Assembly (NCBI GenBank): GCA_963697165.1
Contig: CAVOMX010000005.1
Coordinates: 1 to 20,002 of the forward strand
Reading direction: 5' to 3'
Length of the DNA: 20,002 nt
From: Candidatus Bathyarchaeota archaeon
GTDB taxonomy: Archaea > Thermoproteota > Bathyarchaeia > Bathyarchaeales > Bathyarchaeaceae
Of the stretch, positions 18,109 through 20,002 are shown in pieces (within the stretch, counting starts at the first letter, position 1; each line of letters opens with the position of its first letter). The notes beneath the pieces were generated by a model. That model searched no databases, was not told the origin of the DNA, and saw only the letters and a program-made list of their open reading frames with translations. Both the position numbers and the translations under genes were made by a program.

Positions 18109-20002
18109 ATGGTTTCCGTAAACCCCTTCTCCGAATTCTATTCCGGATGCGAGATTGTTTTAAAGGATTCTCTAAACAGGCTGTATCCAACTTTTCCGGT
18201 GCCATCTATACTGCTTGAGGTTCCGTCTAACTTTGAGTTCGGCGAACTTGCAGCCTCTGTATGTTTTGAGCTTGCCAAGCACGCAAGAAAGAAGCCCCGA
18301 AGTATTGCAGAAGAGATTGTGCAAGCAATAGATGTTAGCGGTTTTCCGTTGATAGAGTCTGTTCAGGCGGCTGGGGCAGGATACGTCAATTTTCGTGTTA
18401 ACTCCGAAACGTTTTCCCGTTTAACCCTCGAGTCCGCAAGAGAGTTAGATGCAGAGTATGGTTACATTAAGACTTCTGATCCAAAGAAGATTCTGCTTGA
18501 GCACACAAGCGTCAATCCTGTTCATCCCATTCACATTGGGCAGGCAAGAAATCCGATGCTAGGCGACGCCTTAGCTCGCATCTTAACAAAGCATGGGCAC
18601 AATGTTTCGAGACACTATTACGTTGACGATGTTGGTCGCCAGAGCGCAGTCATAGCTTATGGATACAGTAAGCTTGGGAAACCAAAACCCAAAGGAAAGC
18701 CTGACCGTTTCATAGGTGGAATCTACGCCGTTACAAGTTGTATTATGGAAATTAAACGCCTCAAAAAGGTGGTTGAGTCAACAAAAAATCTTGACAACCA
18801 AGATGTTACAAAGCTGCGTCGCGATTTGGATGAGTGGACTTCAATTTCTTTAGAGATGGAACAGAGGTTTCCGAAACTGTTCACTAAACTTTTAGCTGAA
18901 ATCAGCAAAGACAGTGACCCAGAAGAGCAAGTCGGCAAACTGATACGAGGATACGAATCTGGTGAAAAAGAGGCAAAAAATTTGATAAGAGAGGTTTGCG
19001 AACTGTGCCTCAAAGGGTTTAGGGAAACGCTTGCCAGCGTAGAAATAACGATCGATTCTTGGGACTGGGAGAGCGACCTAATCTGGAACGGCAACGTCAA
19101 CCGAGCTCTTGAAGAACTAAAGGCTACGCCCTACGTTTTTGAGTCAGATGGGGTTCTGGAGTTTGACGCTGAAAAAGTTGCTCATGACCTTGACCTCAAA
19201 AAGACTTTAGGAATCAGTGATGACCATGAGCTTTCTTCATTAACTCTTGTTAGGGCAGACGGAACCTCCCTTTATACTACCAGAGATATTGCGTATCATC
19301 TGTGGAAGTTTCAAAGAGCAGAACGAGTAGTCAACGTGATTGGCATGGAACAGACTTTACCCCAGCTGCAGCTAAAACTTGCCCTGAGTGCACTTGGTCA
19401 CACAGATTACATAAAGAGACTAATCCATTTTGCTTACAGTCTAGTTAGGCTTCCCGGGCACAGGATGTCAAGCCGCAGAGGGCGATACATAACCCTCGAC
19501 GAGGTTATGGATGGAGCAGCAAAGAGAGCCTACGCAGAAGTTTCGAAACGTTCTCCCCACCTTTCTGATGAAGAGAAACAAAAGATTTCAGTTTTTGTGG
19601 GAAAAGGCGCAGTCAAGTATGCATTGATAGCGGTAGATCCAACTAAACCTGTGGTTTTCACTTGGGACAGGGTGCTGGATTTCGAGAAGAATAGTGCTCC
19701 TTACATTCAGGTACTCACATGCCAGAGCCTGCAGTATTCTAAGGAAGGCATCTAGATTACCTGAGGATGCTGACTATTCGCTTCTGGTTGATCAGATAGA
19801 ACGGGACTTGATGTTGACTTTGGCTCGTTTTCCTGAAGTGTTCTTGGATACTGCAGAGAATCTTCGACCTACCGCGATAGCAGATTATGTGAATAGTTTA
19901 GCAGACAAGTTCAACAAGTCTACACGAAACTGCCTGTCATAAAAGCTGATTCGTCGGGGCTCAGCGATGCTCGTCTTGCTCTTGTGGATGCTACCCGGAT
20001 AG
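18109..20002 (+). CDS. argS: Arginine--tRNA ligase (frameshifts near 19710 and 19920, runs off the window end)
   Basis: GYVNF, EHTSVNPVHPIHIGQARN, YYVDDVGRQ, RADGTSLYTTRDIAYH, MSSRRG and PYIQ/YSHARACSIL. Confidence 0.97.

Noticed and set aside
18520..18555. argS HIGQ in place of HIGH as a sign of inactivation
   Set aside because: The fourth HIGH position varies among class I synthetases and all other ArgRS motifs are intact.
5588..19100. Antisense or alternate-frame ORFs such as 5588-5920, 7718-8080, 9591-9926, 10676-10996, 17942-18205 and 18723-19100
   Set aside because: They overlap well-supported genes and have no recognisable motifs.

Overview
Archaeal genomic window. The protein families and gene style suggest Candidatus Bathyarchaeia, which is an inference. 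Single-base frameshifts are frequent and also hit the essential argS, so they are most likely uncorrected long-read errors. The core segment (about 3.6-13.6 kb) carries a Trm5a/Taw21-like tRNA methyltransferase, Trm112, a large CARDB surface protein, a NapH/MauN-like membrane 4Fe-4S protein, a glycosylation cluster (NDP-sugar pyrophosphorylase, an apparently catalytically degenerate nucleotide-sugar dehydrogenase, an AglH/MraY-like phosphoglycosyltransferase) and tRNA-Leu(GAG). argS closes the window. Two accessory regions flank this core. The first (1-3.4 kb) holds membrane and beta-propeller repeat genes separated by short remnants of integrase 3' ends. The second is an island of about 4.5 kb between tRNA-Leu and argS, with two secreted proteins, a tyrosine recombinase and a tRNA-3'-end-like att remnant that does not match the adjacent tRNA-Leu. 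The strongest unexplained signal is a composite non-coding element (GTCAAG-AAAC-CTTGAC palindrome plus a RGGWTAAAATTTAYCC palindrome) shared by both accessory regions and sitting just upstream of minus-strand cargo genes.
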